64,000 nt of DNA from Candidatus Omnitrophota bacterium. Lineage in GTDB: Bacteria > Omnitrophota > Omnitrophia > Omnitrophales > Aquincolibacteriaceae. Within the stretch, counting starts at the first letter, position 1. Every line of letters starts with the position of its first letter. A program made the translations under genes and the position numbers. Under the pieces are notes generated by a model. The model was not told the origin of the DNA and did no database searches. It worked only from the letters and a program-made list of their open reading frames with translations. Of this stretch, positions 36,001-39,000 are shown piece after piece. The DNA lies in assembly GCA_022709525.1 (NCBI GenBank), contig JAKLIQ010000007.1:49720-113719 (forward strand). The letters are read 5' to 3'.

Positions 36001-39000
36001 TACGGCGACACCGATGGATCCTTCCGCAAAACTTATAAAACGACTTTTTCAGAAATTCCCATGGCGTGTCTCTTTGCGCTCGGCTCTTGGTCGCGCAAGT
36101 CACGAACGCCAAAAACTCTTTAAGGATTCCTTCAAGGATATCGCGAAGATCATGGCTTCCAAGGAGTGGCATGATAAGACTACGGTGCAAACGCTTGTCG
36201 ATGCGCTGTCCGAGCTGCCGGAGGGTCAGCAGGCGACAGGAGCTGATCTTGCCGAACTTTATTGGGGTACCGCCGCGGGGGCTTCTTCGCGGATGACACA
36301 CGCAGCCTTTATCGCAAAGTGGGCTCCGATTTTTGAAGGCTTGCTTGCCTTAGATAGGGCCGGCAAAGTCGCCCTTTCTCAAATAACGCTTCGGGATATT
36401 GCTAAGAAAGGTCTTCTCGATAAGTTTGAAAAAATGCGCCGACTTCCCGTGTTTGATGATTGTTCAAGTGAGAACGCTGCCGCCTGCACTTCGGATCTTT
36501 TAGCGATCACGCTTGAAGCAAACAATATCGTCGCCGGATCGTGGAAGCAGGGGTGGCGTCGGATCCAAGCCTGGTTTGAAGCCCGGTATCCGGCTCAGTA
36601 CGCCGTCTTAAGCGCACTTTCTGCGATCCCTGATTCTTTAGTCTCGCTTTGGCTGAAGGTTCGCATGGCTGTGGCCGCGCGATTTGATATCGGCAAACTT
36701 TCCGCAGGAGTTGCGTATTTGAAGCCAGTTATTCGCGAGGGTGAGCCGCCGAACCAGGATCTCGCCTATCGGCTGTGGCGCGATCTACGCTCAAATAATA
36801 AGGACCAGCAGAAGAGCGCGTGGGAGACGATCCTTGCAATGCAGGGGAAGGAATGGTCGCGCTTTGGCAGGAAAACACGCAAGTCAGCTGAAAAGGCAGC
36901 GCGTGAGGCGCTTTCCACCCCTGTCAAAGGCGAAGGTAATTGGATCGCGTTAAGCGGGCGAAGCAAGGTCGGAAATGTCGGAGTCACCCATGTACGTCAT
37001 CTTTACGTAATTGCCAAGACCTATCAACTGCCCAATGTCGGACGGCTTGTCGTGATCCCTGAAACGGAGACAACGGGCAGAATTGCTTATGCCGAACATC
37101 CGGAGTTAGCGCCGATCGGCAGTGTTGTTTCCATGGAAACCGGGAAGGTCACGATCGAGGGAACGGCTTACACCGCGCAGGCTCGCGATGAACGTGTTGA
37201 GACCTCAGTCTACAGGGTTTCTCAGCTTCTGGGCAGCGCTCAGGAGCCGAGTGAGATTTATGTTTACCGTGACAAAAATGAGAAAGAAAAACGCGACAAC
37301 CGTTATGTTTACAATGAAAAGCGTCAAACAAAAAAGACTAACGCGCTCTTAGAGCAATGTCGCAAAGGGAAGACCGTTCGGGTACGCGAGAATTACCACT
37401 CAAAGGATCTTCGCCGGAAATATCAGGAGCTTTTAAGTCGTCTAGACCGGCGCCTGCCAAAGGAGATCCGGGATGCACAGAAAAAATTTATCGAGAGCTT
37501 GCCGTCCGGTGAGCGAACGAAATACGCCGCCTTCTTAGCGGTGAATGCCAAACGCAGAGCGCTTTTGGAGCAACGGGGAGGCTCCCAGAAATTTACACCC
37601 GCCATGATCGAGGAGATCCAAAAAGACCATCCCGGTGTTAGCGAAAAAGATGTTTATGCATTCCTCGGCATTTCGGAAACGGTCTACCGAGCGCTCAAGC
37701 AGGCGCAGGACCAGATCTCCGAGCAGCGGGGTCAGATTGAAGCGGACACAAAGCTTAACGCGAAAGAGAAGACCCATCTTCTGGCAACATTAGAGGGATT
37801 GGATGAAATGTCCCGCGGCGTCGAGTTAAACCCAGATACCGAAGCCTATAACTCGAAAGGGACGTTCTACTTAAGCATTCAGATGCTTCAAGAGTTGAAT
37901 CTCTTTCTCCAGGAGTTTTCACCGGAAGAACAGCCCGGCGCCATGCGCGCCTATCTCCAGCTTTACATGATTCACGAGAAGATTGAAAAAGATCTCTCAG
38001 ATTTCCAGAAGATCCTTAAATGGCTTGAGCAGGATCTTAAGCAACAACTCGAACAAAGCCTTGAAGAGCAGGATATAGAGAGACTTGCTTCCTTAATGGC
38101 CCGTCGAGCTTTCTTGAGGCGCGTACAGCAAAAACTCGGATTCCAGGGTAAAGACGATATTGGCCAGGCGTTTCGCGATTTTGCGGCAGAAATGACCTCG
38201 ACTTATTTCTTGATGAAATTGATGCCGGATCAAGGCGCGCTTGCCGTCAAGGCTCTTCGTGTGATGGGACAACTGAAAGGCAATAGTCTTATGGGCGATA
38301 AGGCGGATTTCTACACTTGGCGCGGCCTTGCGGCTAAGGATGCTTGGAGAAGCGCCCAAGAAGGGAATCTCTTTTCTTTCGAGATCTTGCAGAATTATTT
38401 CCGGCAGAGTTTTTCGGCTCATTATTACCAGGTCCTCGAAGCGATCAGTCGGGGAGAATTTGGGATCGCGAATTCGATCCTTGATAAAAAGTGGAATGAA
38501 TCAAGGACTGTGGACGGCGAACCTGCGATAGATTATCGCACGTATGTGGAGCTTAAAAAATTGATCCATAAAGCTCGCGGGGAAGAGATCCAGGTCAGTC
38601 GCGCCACGAATGGCCCCAATAAGGGCGAGATCGAGATTAAGATCACAGGCGCGACCCCAGCTCTCCCGGATGAGGCTATGAAGGAAGCTTTTGAAATGCG
38701 CTCTCGGCTTGATCGGGATCTTAAAGATTTTATGGATCTTTTTTCGCAGCGAAGTGAGCTGACGAAAGTCCATAAAGCCGCTGAAGCGGATATCCAGAAA
38801 AAAACTGAAGAAAAAGCCAAAGAGCTTAAAACGAAGTTCATAGGATCCGGCCCCGAAGCCTGGCAGGAGCAACGGAAAAAAATGGAAGAGCGGAGCCAGG
38901 GCGCTCGGGATGCATTTGATACGTATAAAGATATGGCTCACAATCCCGAGCTTCGCGAGAAGTTTGCCGCTGAAGCAAATACATTTAAAACAAATGTGAA